Source: a virus. Taken from it: a stretch of DNA of 64,000 nt. The position numbers were made by a program, and so were the translations under genes. Numbering within the stretch: position 1 is the stretch's first letter; each line of letters opens with the position of its first letter. Shown one piece after another: positions 7,949 to 16,107 of the stretch. Below the pieces are notes generated by a model. The model did not search any database, was not told where the DNA came from, and was given only the letters and a program-made list of their open reading frames with translations. The DNA lies in the IMG/VR virus record IMGVR_UViG_3300007754_000004, positions 1 to 64,000 of that record; one strand, written 5' to 3'.

Positions 7949-8635
7949 CTACTCCCGGTTGTCGGTGACTTCCTTTCCAGCCAGGAAGCGGGCTTCCACC
8001 CACCCCTCTCCCTCGACGTGGAACTTGTGGTCCTCAGTCACGACTACGGTGGTGCCGTCCTCAAAGGTCAACTTGACCCAATTGTCCCGCACGCCGTTGT
8101 TGAACGTATTGGTCACCCGGCTGGTCGTGATCCCACCCTCCGGGCTCCAGGTCAGCACCTCGGGACGGAGGCCCTCCTCCACGATCTCCCGAATCGGGAC
8201 CTGCTCCCCGTTGGCGAGATGGATGAGGGTACCGCCATCGAAGCAGGAGAAACCGTCGAGTTTTTCTGACCCTACGATGCTGGGGAGCCTCCCCGGCCGC
8301 CTCGCGGCGTGGGTCTTCCACCAGCCCTCAAACTCTTTCGGGTTCTTAGACTTGTTCTGGCTCCCCATCGGAGCCGTGTGGGAGAACTTGCTGAAGCTGG
8401 TCGCTTCCAGCTCGTCCTCAGGATCGACGGCGTCCCCCCAGACCATGTCGAGGAATGCTCGACCTCCCTTCACCTCGGGCTTGTTGGGGCTGAACTTCTC
8501 AGCCAGCTCCAGGGCGATCTTGAACTTGTCGTAAGCGGCGTCATAGACCGCGTCGGATACCTCCGGGCTCCCCGCTCGGTAAGCGGCATTCCACTGGATA
8601 AGCTGGGCGAGCTGGGCTGCGATCTTGGACGCCAT
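7949..8635 (-). CDS. ligA: NAD-dependent DNA ligase, N-terminal part (130 aa) fused to a 98-aa split-intein N fragment
   Basis: YRAGSPEVSDAVYD (domain Ia), HTAPMGSQNK, active-site EKLDGFS, then the intein start CFDGGTLIHL. Confidence 0.93.
   Translation of the reverse strand: MASKIAAQLAQLIQWNAAYRAGSPEVSDAVYDAAYDKFKIALELAEKFSPNKPEVKGGRAFLDMVWGDAVDPEDELEATSFSKFSHTAPMGSQNKSKNPKEFEGWWKTHAARRPGRLPSIVGSEKLDGFSCFDGGTLIHLANGEQVPIREIVEEGLRPEVLTWSPEGGITTSRVTNTFNNGVRDNWVKLTFEDGTTVVVTEDHKFHVEGEGWVEARFLAGKEVTDNRE
7952..8245 (-). mobile_element. split intein N fragment (IntN, 98 aa)
   Basis: Block A CFDGGTLIHLANG and block B VTEDHKF; the ORF stops with no block F/G. Confidence 0.92.
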
Positions 8636-8657
8636 TAGGGGATGCTCCTCTGTCGGG

Positions 8658-8684
8658 TATACGACCCGCGTGTGGGAAGATACC
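8658..8684 (-). promoter_or_regulatory. ECF-like promoter motif GGTATC-N15-CGTATA upstream of ligA-N
   Basis: One of 11 copies with fixed spacing. Confidence 0.65.
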
Positions 8685-8686
8685 TA

Positions 8687-9379
8687 TCAGTACCAGGAGG
8701 GGGATCTGGTGCCCTCACTCTCGATATCTTCGCGGACAGTCTTCTCAAAGGCGGCCTGCTCCTCCGGCTCCCAGCCTTCCAGGCCCTTCTCCAGGGGCTC
8801 GTAGGGCGGCGGGTAGGTCGTGGCCCCCTCGCTGAACTTCCGCCCCTTGAAGCCGATATGTCGAGCCCACAGGAGGTTCCGGAGGTTGATCAGGTGATCC
8901 AGGCTCTCGTTGTAGAAAGCCACCATCTTGAAGCCCACATAGACCCGGAGAGAGCCCATGAAGATGGCTCCAGCCACGCACCAGTTGAAGAGAGTGAGAC
9001 TCCCGGAGTTGTCGGCCCCCGCGACGAGCCCCATGACGCCCGCGAGGACGGTACCGGCCAGGAAGCTGTAGCTGGCTCGGTGGTGCCGCTCGGCGTGGCC
9101 CTTGAGGTTCTCGACCTTTCGGCGGAACTCGCCCTCCATGTCCCGGGACCTGTTCGCCCGGGTGAGCAGGATCTTCATGGCGGCGACGAACGGAGGCCCC
9201 GGCGCCGCGTTGCACAGCTTGATCGCCCGATCGACGTTGTTCGCCATCACAAGCTTCTGGATCTGGGTGTAGAACGCCTGGGCGTTGATCCGCTCCCGGA
9301 GATAGAACGGGACGAGTGAGAGGAGTGCTGCGAGGGAGAACCCGCCCAGCACGACGACGAAGGGGAGTAGCTGTTCCAT
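8687..9379 (-). CDS. MotA/TolQ/ExbB-like membrane protein (divergent, ~230 aa)
   Basis: Start reassigned to ATG 9379. TM helix followed by INAQAFYTQIQKLVMANNVDRAIKLCNAAP...ILLTRANR, which I recognise as resembling the cytoplasmic loop of myxobacterial TolQ/AglR-type proteins, then two more hydrophobic segments. Confidence 0.65.
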   Translation of the reverse strand: MEQLLPFVVVLGGFSLAALLSLVPFYLRERINAQAFYTQIQKLVMANNVDRAIKLCNAAPGPPFVAAMKILLTRANRSRDMEGEFRRKVENLKGHAERHHRASYSFLAGTVLAGVMGLVAGADNSGSLTLFNWCVAGAIFMGSLRVYVGFKMVAFYNESLDHLINLRNLLWARHIGFKGRKFSEGATTYPPPYEPLEKGLEGWEPEEQAAFEKTVREDIESEGTRSPSWY

Positions 9380-9386
9380 GATGGCG

Positions 9387-9413
9387 TATACGACCCGTCC
9401 CGAGAAACTTTCT
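9387..9413 (-). promoter_or_regulatory. ECF-like promoter motif AGAAAG-N15-CGTATA (probably a leaderless transcript)
   Basis: The -10 element ends 7 nt before ATG 9379, leaving no room for an SD. Confidence 0.6.
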
Positions 9414-9417
9414 CGGG

Positions 9418-9459
9418 AAAAGTGAAAGGGCCCCACACCAGCTTCCTGGGGGCCCTTTC
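9418..9459 (-). terminator. intrinsic terminator
   Basis: 11-bp perfect stem GAAAGGGCCCC/GGGGCCCTTTC followed by ACTTTT on the minus strand. Confidence 0.7.
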
Positions 9460-9497
9460 GGAGGTTTACAACCCCACAGGAAGTCAGTGGGGAGGGA

Positions 9498-9719
9498 GTA
9501 GACACGGCAAGCAAGAGAGGCTTACGGTCCCGGTCTGGAGTCCGTGCCACTCCAATTGATCGGGTTTTTCGCCTGTTAACTCAGATTTCTGGGAAACTCC
9601 TCGTCACCCCACCCGATCACCCCGGGTGGGCCCGGTCCCCGTCCAACGCAACGCCGCGGGGATGACAGCAGGTGACCGATTTACCGCGAACGACTCATCA
9701 GGCGCCCTGCCGTGTCTAC
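9498..9719 (-). ncRNA. candidate structured non-coding RNA (~222 nt), family unknown
   Basis: Closed by a 12-bp perfect terminal stem; several internal helices; promoter motif directly upstream and terminator downstream; no credible CDS. Confidence 0.6.
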
Positions 9720-9720
9720 C

Positions 9721-9747
9721 TATACGAGGAGCCCCCGGATAATTTCC
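9721..9747 (-). promoter_or_regulatory. ECF-like promoter motif GGAAAT-N15-CGTATA driving the candidate ncRNA
   Basis: Motif copy not followed by a CDS. Confidence 0.65.
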
Positions 9748-9756
9748 CCTGAAGCC

Positions 9757-10026
9757 TCAACTTTTCTTGTTGGGCTCTCTCGCTTCAACTTCTGTCCGGA
9801 GCTGGAGGCTGAGAGCCTCCCCCATGACCAGATAGTAATTGAAGCCCAGCCACTCCCCGGAGTCATTGACCACTCGGGTCTTCTCCAGCCGCGTCCCGGC
9901 GGGGATCTCCTCCCCCTGCCCCCACTTCCCGAGGAGGCGGTCTACCAGAGCCATGAGGCCGGCGTTGTCTACCGATTCAGGGCTCTCCCCTTCCTCCGCC
10001 CTGGCGTCCATGACGAGCAGCCTCAC
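9757..10026 (-). CDS. hypothetical protein (89 aa)
   Basis: GTGA overlap with the upstream gene. Confidence 0.6.
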   Translation of the reverse strand: MRLLVMDARAEEGESPESVDNAGLMALVDRLLGKWGQGEEIPAGTRLEKTRVVNDSGEWLGFNYYLVMGEALSLQLRTEVEAREPNKKS

Positions 10027-10388
10027 GTCATCTCCCAGACGGATTTGTGCTCATAGTCTATGGATACCAGCCCCCCCGGCCACACCCAATTCCCCGGAAG
10101 CTTCGGGATGACAGCGTAGTTCTCGGTGCCGGAGCCTCGAAAGCGAGCCGCGATCTGCCCCAGGTGAACCCGGTTGTCCCTGGCGGCGTAGAGGCGACCC
10201 TCTCGCCGTCCGTCGATAGGGACGACGATCAAGCTGAATCTCGCGGGGGAATCATCAGCCAGGGCGATGCCCAGCTCTTTCGGCATCACTCGGGAAATGG
10301 CAGCCATCACCCCCCCGTATTCATCCACCGAGATCAATCGGGCAGCGGTCATCAGTTGACGGAAAATCTCTTCAGCATCCGGTAGCAC
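10023..10388 (-). CDS. hypothetical protein (121 aa)
   Basis: GAGG SD; follows the MTase stop by 9 bp. Confidence 0.6.
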   Translation of the reverse strand: MLPDAEEIFRQLMTAARLISVDEYGGVMAAISRVMPKELGIALADDSPARFSLIVVPIDGRREGRLYAARDNRVHLGQIAARFRGSGTENYAVIPKLPGNWVWPGGLVSIDYEHKSVWEMT

Positions 10389-10397
10389 AAGCAGCCT

Positions 10398-11600
10398 CTA
10401 CCCCAACAGGTCGTCGAATGAAAGTTTCTTCCTAGGTGGGCGGGAGTCTGCCTCCGAATCGATCTCCGCCTGATCCCACGGTCGCAGTTGCCTGTTCCAA
10501 TGTCTGATCCTGGCGTCGGAGAGCAGGAGATAACTCTCCTGCTTTTCGATACCCACAAAATCACGATCCGTGGACAAGGCAGCGATCCCGGTGGACCCGC
10601 TCCCCAGGAAGGGGTCCAGCACCGGGCCCTCTCCGGGGAACTCTTCCAAGAGCCACTTCATGATCGCAGAGGGTTTGACTGTCGGATGGTGGTTCCCTCT
10701 CTTGCGGCCCTCGACGAAGTATTTCTCCATGCCCTCCGGGATCCCTCTCCGCTCTACACCCGCGGTGATATCCCGGTCAGGGAAGTGTTGTTGGAGATCA
10801 GCCAGCTCGGTGGGGTCTTCAGACCCCGGGTACCAGAGATACTCGCCCGTCACACCTCGGGCGAGGTGAGCTGTCCCGGCGTTTCTCTCCGTCTGGGAAG
10901 CCTTCGCCGTGTAGAAGACCTCTCCAGGTTCCTGAGCGAGGAACAAGGCGTCTCGGATTTCAAATCCCTGGTCTTCGGCATGACAGGCCCCCGTGTGACC
11001 GGTAGGCTGGTCTTCGGGAGCGATGAGCATCAGGTGAGCCCCGGGCTTGAGAGCCCTCCAGATCTCTTCCAGCCAGGGGGGAGGGTCTGGGGTAGACCAG
11101 CCTCGGATAATCGCTCCATGAAGCGATGCGTCCTCGTGTCGAGACCAGTCATAGGACTCGGGCTCCAGGCAGATGACGGACACCCCGCCGATGTGGGTCG
11201 GGGTGATCATCGTGTAGAGGTAGTCCAGTAGCTCTTGGGGTAGATCCCGGGTCATAGTCTCTCGCCTTATTTGCTTGAAGAAGCGGGAGGTGTCCCCTGA
11301 AGCCGGGCAGCCAGGGCCGCAAATCCAGTGGGCAACGGTCTCACCCCCTTCCCGCCGACAGCCGGGTCGGTGTATGAGAATCAGGTTCGGGGGCCAGCGG
11401 CCTTCGGCGTTGGTAGGCTGGAATCCTGCTTGTTGCCCGTAGGTCTGCCGGTCGTTCCGAGTTGGCTGAAACGGTCGCTTGTGGTCTCCGTTGGACGAGA
11501 TCCTTGAGGCGTCGATGTTCAACGCCCCGGCTCCGTGAGCGAGAGTGTTGGCGGCGAGGGTGCTCTCTGCCAAGGGCTTTCTCGCGACCGTGACGTTCAC
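10398..11600 (-). CDS. beta-class amino (N6A/N4C) DNA methyltransferase, C-terminal/SAM-binding part (400 aa)
   Basis: ARKPL..LNID..RI, GRWPPNL, SRFF, HPTVKP, VLDPFLGSGSTG, FVGIEK; no intact DPPY. Confidence 0.85.
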   Translation of the reverse strand: MNVTVARKPLAESTLAANTLAHGAGALNIDASRISSNGDHKRPFQPTRNDRQTYGQQAGFQPTNAEGRWPPNLILIHRPGCRREGGETVAHWICGPGCPASGDTSRFFKQIRRETMTRDLPQELLDYLYTMITPTHIGGVSVICLEPESYDWSRHEDASLHGAIIRGWSTPDPPPWLEEIWRALKPGAHLMLIAPEDQPTGHTGACHAEDQGFEIRDALFLAQEPGEVFYTAKASQTERNAGTAHLARGVTGEYLWYPGSEDPTELADLQQHFPDRDITAGVERRGIPEGMEKYFVEGRKRGNHHPTVKPSAIMKWLLEEFPGEGPVLDPFLGSGSTGIAALSTDRDFVGIEKQESYLLLSDARIRHWNRQLRPWDQAEIDSEADSRPPRKKLSFDDLLG

Positions 11601-12196
11601 CCATCCATCTCCAGAATGTTCTCCTGACGGGAGAACAGGGGCTCAGGGCTCCAGTGAGTCCAACAGCGTGCTTCGTATACGGCTGCGGCCCCCACAACCA
11701 CCTGCTCCCTGTTGTCTGCGATCCTCTGGCTCCGGGTGGCGTCCTGACCACAGACGGTGCAGACAGCTCGCAGCTTAACCACGTCCTCCGCTTCTGCCAT
11801 CAGCAGGGGAGCGGGTCCAAAAGGATGCCCCCGGTAATCCAGGTCCAGAGTCGCGATGATCACCCGGTGGCCCCGAGAGGCCAGAGTCCGGGCAACCTGG
11901 ACAACATCCCGGGGGAAGAACTGTCCTTCGTCGATCCCTACCACCTGCACTTCCTTCGGGACCTGAAGCATTCTCTCTACATCCTGTGATGGAATCATCT
12001 CACTCGGAAAGCGGGCATCGGAGTGGGAGTGGATATCGCCGGAGTAGCGAGTGTCGATATCCGGCTTGAAGCATACGACCTTCTGCTTCGCGATGGTGGC
12101 TCGCCTGAGCCGTCGAATCAGCTCTTCTGACTTTCCCGAAAACATTCCCCCAGCGATAACCTCGATCCAGCCTGATTGACTCCTGAACTGTCGCAT
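11597..12196 (-). CDS. tdk: thymidine kinase
   Basis: GGMFSGKSEELIRR, FKPDIDTRY, IDEGQFF, LDLDYRGHPF, CTVCG, YEARC. Confidence 0.95.
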   Translation of the reverse strand: MRQFRSQSGWIEVIAGGMFSGKSEELIRRLRRATIAKQKVVCFKPDIDTRYSGDIHSHSDARFPSEMIPSQDVERMLQVPKEVQVVGIDEGQFFPRDVVQVARTLASRGHRVIIATLDLDYRGHPFGPAPLLMAEAEDVVKLRAVCTVCGQDATRSQRIADNREQVVVGAAAVYEARCWTHWSPEPLFSRQENILEMDG

Positions 12197-12205
12197 CTCA
12201 ACCTC

Positions 12206-12766
12206 CTACCAAACGGTCGCTTTCCCTTCGTGGAAGCGAGAGGGAGTTGCTTCCTCCTGGTCTTGATACCGGCCTAGATAGAGACGAGGAGCACCGGTCA
12301 TGCCCATAAACCAGATCTGGCAGATGCGAACGTTGGGGAGCACTCGGACGGGGTGAATTACGCTCATCTCCAGTGTGATCGTCCCCCGAAAGCCGGTGTC
12401 GATAAACCCCGCCGTCGCGTGAATCTGCATCCCCAGCCGGCCCACACTGGACCGACCATCGACCTTCATCACGTAGTCCCTCGTGTGAATCTTCTCGACC
12501 GTTCTCCCCAGGTACAGCGTCCCCGGGACGAGGACGAGGCCCTCCTCTGGAATGGTCAAGCGAGTCGTCGGATTCTCCCCCGACATAGACAGAGGAGGCG
12601 GGTGTGGGCGGAATCCCGGCCCGTAGGGGAGGTCCCCATACACCAGCAGCTCCGGATGGAGCCGGAGGTCCAGGCTGTTAGGCCCCACGTTCTTCTGCTC
12701 AAAGGGAGAGATTTCAATCTTTCCCTGAGCCACCTGCCGCTCAATTTCAGGACCAGTCAACACCAC
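12206..12766 (-). CDS. dcd: dCTP deaminase
   Basis: GPNSLDLRL, DGRSSVGRLG, TAGFIDTGFRGTITLE, RICQI; start set at the GTG with a GGAG SD. Confidence 0.92.
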   Translation of the reverse strand: MVLTGPEIERQVAQGKIEISPFEQKNVGPNSLDLRLHPELLVYGDLPYGPGFRPHPPPLSMSGENPTTRLTIPEEGLVLVPGTLYLGRTVEKIHTRDYVMKVDGRSSVGRLGMQIHATAGFIDTGFRGTITLEMSVIHPVRVLPNVRICQIWFMGMTGAPRLYLGRYQDQEEATPSRFHEGKATVW

Positions 12767-12975
12767 GTTGCAACTCCAGCAAGCAGGGCGAATCGGTGGA
12801 AGCACCCAGCACACAAGACCCGCTCTCGTAGGTGCCGGGGGACGACTTGACGCCAGAAGTCGTCGGGGACGCGAAAATCGTAATTCATCACGACCCCGCA
12901 GACCTTACAGCTCATCTGCTGGTCTCGTCGGATCGGCCTGGGGGACGGGTTCACGGACACAACCCCACCCATCAT
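12757..12975 (-). CDS. small CxxC...CxxC zinc-binding protein (72 aa)
   Basis: ATGA overlap with the MTase-N stop; CKVC and CAGC. Confidence 0.6.
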   Translation of the reverse strand: MMGGVVSVNPSPRPIRRDQQMSCKVCGVVMNYDFRVPDDFWRQVVPRHLRERVLCAGCFHRFALLAGVATWC

Positions 12976-13754
12976 GGTTTGCGTGCTGTTAACACACATT
13001 CCCATGCCGGTTTTAACGCCGTCCCCCAGCCATCCCATGCAGCGGCTTCCGGTGTCCGGTGGACCTTGTCCGGCCTGTAGTCCGCCTTCAACCCGTTCTT
13101 CGCCTTTCCCGTAGCCCCACCCTTGTCCAGAGCGACTCGGTCTACAGAGGGGCCATGTCCTTGTACTGAACGAGGGTTGCCAAGGAAACGGTCGATCGCC
13201 TTGGAGATGTTGTGTGATTTGGGAAAGCCATTGGCAAAGGCCCACGACCTCATTTCCACATCCCGGAAGCCGGCCCCCTCCATTGCTGCCGCGAGCCGAT
13301 GGAAGGTCCGAGTCCCGCTGAAAGCCACCACGTAGCCTCCCGGGACGAGCTTGTCATAGACCGCCTTCAACCACCGCTGATGCCACAATTGCATCTGCTG
13401 GGCTTGTTTCCTAGCGACTTTCTGACCAAGCTGGTGACCAGAGACAACCGGCTCACCACCCACTCGCCAATCTGGGTCCTCGCAGGAACACTTACGTGAC
13501 CCCCGTAGACGACCTCCACAGGTAGCACACGTCGGGTTCGACCCACCGAAGGAAGTAGTCCCCCCAAACGCCGGCCAGGGGATCTCTCGATCACCTATCC
13601 CCGGTTGAGCCATTCCGCTGCCTGTCTCCCAGAGACGATCCCACTCTTTCCCCATGAATTCAAGCCCATACGGCGGATCCGTCAGAACCAGACCGATTTC
13701 GGGGACCTCCTCCAACCGGGCTAGGTTGTCTCCTTTCAGGAGGAGAACCCTCAT
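12972..13754 (-). CDS. beta-class amino DNA methyltransferase, N-terminal catalytic part (260 aa)
   Basis: TDPPYGLEFMGKEWD, LVPGGYVVAFSGTRTFHRL, GFPKSHNISKAID, GWGTALKPAWECVLTARKP-stop; no FxGxG SAM motif. Confidence 0.88.
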   Translation of the reverse strand: MRVLLLKGDNLARLEEVPEIGLVLTDPPYGLEFMGKEWDRLWETGSGMAQPGIGDREIPWPAFGGTTSFGGSNPTCATCGGRLRGSRKCSCEDPDWRVGGEPVVSGHQLGQKVARKQAQQMQLWHQRWLKAVYDKLVPGGYVVAFSGTRTFHRLAAAMEGAGFRDVEMRSWAFANGFPKSHNISKAIDRFLGNPRSVQGHGPSVDRVALDKGGATGKAKNGLKADYRPDKVHRTPEAAAWDGWGTALKPAWECVLTARKP

Positions 13755-15283
13755 GACTTGCCCAGCCCGTCGAGGATCGCCTGATCAATCTCGGCTCCGA
13801 GATCTTCGGCCTCACTCATCGCGGTCTCCTTGAGGGTCAAGATTCGCCTCTGGGGGAACACTACCCGGGCCTTGAACGGATCTGGCTTCGCGTGGTCTCT
13901 CGCCTTGAGAGTCTGGAAGAGAACCTCGTTGGCTTTCTCCAGGTCTGGATCCACCCAGGATGCCGTGACGATATCTGAAGACCGCTCGGCCTCGTTGCTA
14001 TAGCTGAGGTGAGTCAGGTTGTAGGGGTACTCGCTGCCGGCCTTACGGAGCTTCTCAGCCGCTTTGTAGCCCTCCCGGGAGATCTGGAAGAGGACCACGA
14101 TAGCGATCCCCATACCCCGGCGGAAGTTCATCGACAGCCGCTTGAGGTTCCTCAAAACCTCGTTGAGCCGCTCCGTGGTGCTCGGGACCCACTTCCGCGG
14201 AGCCATGAGGCCGGCGTGATCGACGAAGATCATGTGGAAGGGACTCTGCTGGTAAATCAACTCCGCCCGAGCCCGAAGGTCCGAGACCATGTAGTCAGAT
14301 TTATCCGGGTCGCTGACCTCAATGTGGAGAGCCCCATATCCGGGGTGGGTCTTCTTCTTCGGATCGAGAGGATCCGGACACACGTAGTCCCCGTTGAGAT
14401 CCGGGACGACGTAGTTTCGGAAGAAGTCCTCCTGCTCGTCAGTGAGGGAGCCGTCTCGGAGCCCCATGTAGGGGATGGGCGGGTGGATCTTCTTGAACTT
14501 CTCGTGTCGCGAGTGCATCGCGATGAGCATGTTCCGACACTGCTCGTAGGGCATCTCCAGAGAGAGGAAGAGGACGCTGTTCCGGTAGAACACCGTTTGG
14601 TTGTAGGCCCAATTGAGGGCGTAGGTGCTCTTGAGGCCGCCTGTAAAGGCGGCGTGCGTCCACAACTCCGCTCGCTTGGCTCCCTTGAACGCCTCGTCGA
14701 ATTGGGTGATCCCGGTGAAAAACCCGACCCCGGCTTTGGGGTCCGCCTTCACACGATCATATCGGGCGAGAGAGTCGTGACCGTCGCTGGTCACGTTGCC
14801 GTAGAGTCGCTGCCCCGTCGTCGGGGTCACAATGTCATGACTCCTCGACATGACATACTGGATGGCGTGGTATGGGCCCTTGAGGATCTTCTCAACCCGC
14901 CCTTCTTTGAGCGTGATCCCGTCCTTCACGATCCTGGCGGCTTCCGTCAGGATCTCCTTCATCGTTCGGGTTCGCCGGTCCTCCGCCCTCTCGTTGAGCC
15001 GCTGAAGAAAATCTCCCTGATAGCGAGGGGTCATCGCGATCAAGTGTTCCAGCCGGTCTACTACCTCCATCTCTTTCTGGCGGGTGAAGTGCTCCCGCAG
15101 AGAGGTGTAAGCAGGGACATGCTGGTGCTGTCGGACAAAATCCGACAGGTAGGTCCAAATCGCGGTGTCCTCGACCTGCTCGAAACCCAGACCAGCGTTC
15201 GCGAGAGCGAAATGGTTCTCTAGAGCGAGGGCTTTGTCGTCCCTCGGATTTGCCGTGAAACACGACCTGAGCAGGATCTTCAC
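13751..15283 (-). CDS. dnaB: DnaB-like replicative helicase
   Basis: Variant Walker A AFTGGLKS, LSLEM, IFVDHAGLM, FQISREG, SNEAERSSDIV, KARD. Confidence 0.8.
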   Translation of the reverse strand: MKILLRSCFTANPRDDKALALENHFALANAGLGFEQVEDTAIWTYLSDFVRQHQHVPAYTSLREHFTRQKEMEVVDRLEHLIAMTPRYQGDFLQRLNERAEDRRTRTMKEILTEAARIVKDGITLKEGRVEKILKGPYHAIQYVMSRSHDIVTPTTGQRLYGNVTSDGHDSLARYDRVKADPKAGVGFFTGITQFDEAFKGAKRAELWTHAAFTGGLKSTYALNWAYNQTVFYRNSVLFLSLEMPYEQCRNMLIAMHSRHEKFKKIHPPIPYMGLRDGSLTDEQEDFFRNYVVPDLNGDYVCPDPLDPKKKTHPGYGALHIEVSDPDKSDYMVSDLRARAELIYQQSPFHMIFVDHAGLMAPRKWVPSTTERLNEVLRNLKRLSMNFRRGMGIAIVVLFQISREGYKAAEKLRKAGSEYPYNLTHLSYSNEAERSSDIVTASWVDPDLEKANEVLFQTLKARDHAKPDPFKARVVFPQRRILTLKETAMSEAEDLGAEIDQAILDGLGKS

Positions 15284-16107
15284 TTCTTACGCCTCCTCTC
15301 CCACGGCTTCTTTTTCTTCTTGCTATCCGAATCGAGACCAAGATCTACGTTGACGGCTCGGGTCCCTCCCGTAGACCTCGCGAACCTCGGGTCAGTGGCC
15401 GCGGAAGGACGCGGCGGGCCCCCCACACTTGGCTCGAAAGCCATCTCTTCATAGCCCCGAGAGGGCTTCCGAACCGAAGGTGTCCGAGACTGCCCGTAGA
15501 CTCGCTCCCAACCCCGGACGAAATCTCCAACCAGATGGTCATAGGAGAGGTGCCCGTCTTCCAGCGGGTAGTTCGGCTGATCTACTATCCAGGTAGGGTT
15601 GCCTGCGTGGAGCCGGAGCATCAGGGCTTCCAGAAAGACCTCCGCCATCGCGGAGTTGCGAGCCGCCTTGACCCCGAGGTAGATGACCAGCAGTTCAGCG
15701 GGGGCGACCAGATCTTCCAGGGAGTAGTGAGACGCGGTGACCACCATCGCATCCGGGTCAAAGATCTCTGCTCCTTTGACCGCGTGGCTGGCTAACCACG
15801 CCGTCATGAGCTGGGCGTCCGTGACTACCTGAAACGACCAGGATGGGGGCCGGCGGATCGCGACATGCCTCATGTGCTCCACGAACCAGCCACGGGGAGC
15901 GGTGATCCAGGTGTTCTTCTCGACCCGCTCCGTGAGTGGGCTGCTTGGAATCGGGTCGGCTTTCAGAAGGCCGGGCATTCCTCGTTCCACATTTCGCTTG
16001 ATCGCCTCCCGAAGGCGGCAACCACACCGCTGGACGACTGGTGGCACGAGTCCCTCTTGAGGGACTGGAACGACACCAGCCCCTCCACATACGACACACT
16101 CAGCCAT
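15280..16107 (-). CDS. zinc-finger, DnaC/loader-like protein with a degenerate ATPase
   Basis: CVVCGG..RCGC N-terminus; LLVIYLG and PTWI strands; directly upstream of the DnaB-like gene; no Walker A. Confidence 0.5.
   Translation of the reverse strand: MAECVVCGGAGVVPVPQEGLVPPVVQRCGCRLREAIKRNVERGMPGLLKADPIPSSPLTERVEKNTWITAPRGWFVEHMRHVAIRRPPSWSFQVVTDAQLMTAWLASHAVKGAEIFDPDAMVVTASHYSLEDLVAPAELLVIYLGVKAARNSAMAEVFLEALMLRLHAGNPTWIVDQPNYPLEDGHLSYDHLVGDFVRGWERVYGQSRTPSVRKPSRGYEEMAFEPSVGGPPRPSAATDPRFARSTGGTRAVNVDLGLDSDSKKKKKPWERRRKK

Noticed and set aside
9380-9550. N-terminal extension of ORF 8687-9550
   Set aside because: It crosses a terminator and a promoter motif; ATG 9379 is the better start.
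9678-9701. Hammerhead-like core CUGAUGA-GUCG-UUCG-CGGU-AAA on the minus strand
   Set aside because: The required GAAA after stem II is absent (UAAA) and I could not build stems I and III; kept only as part of the ncRNA candidate.
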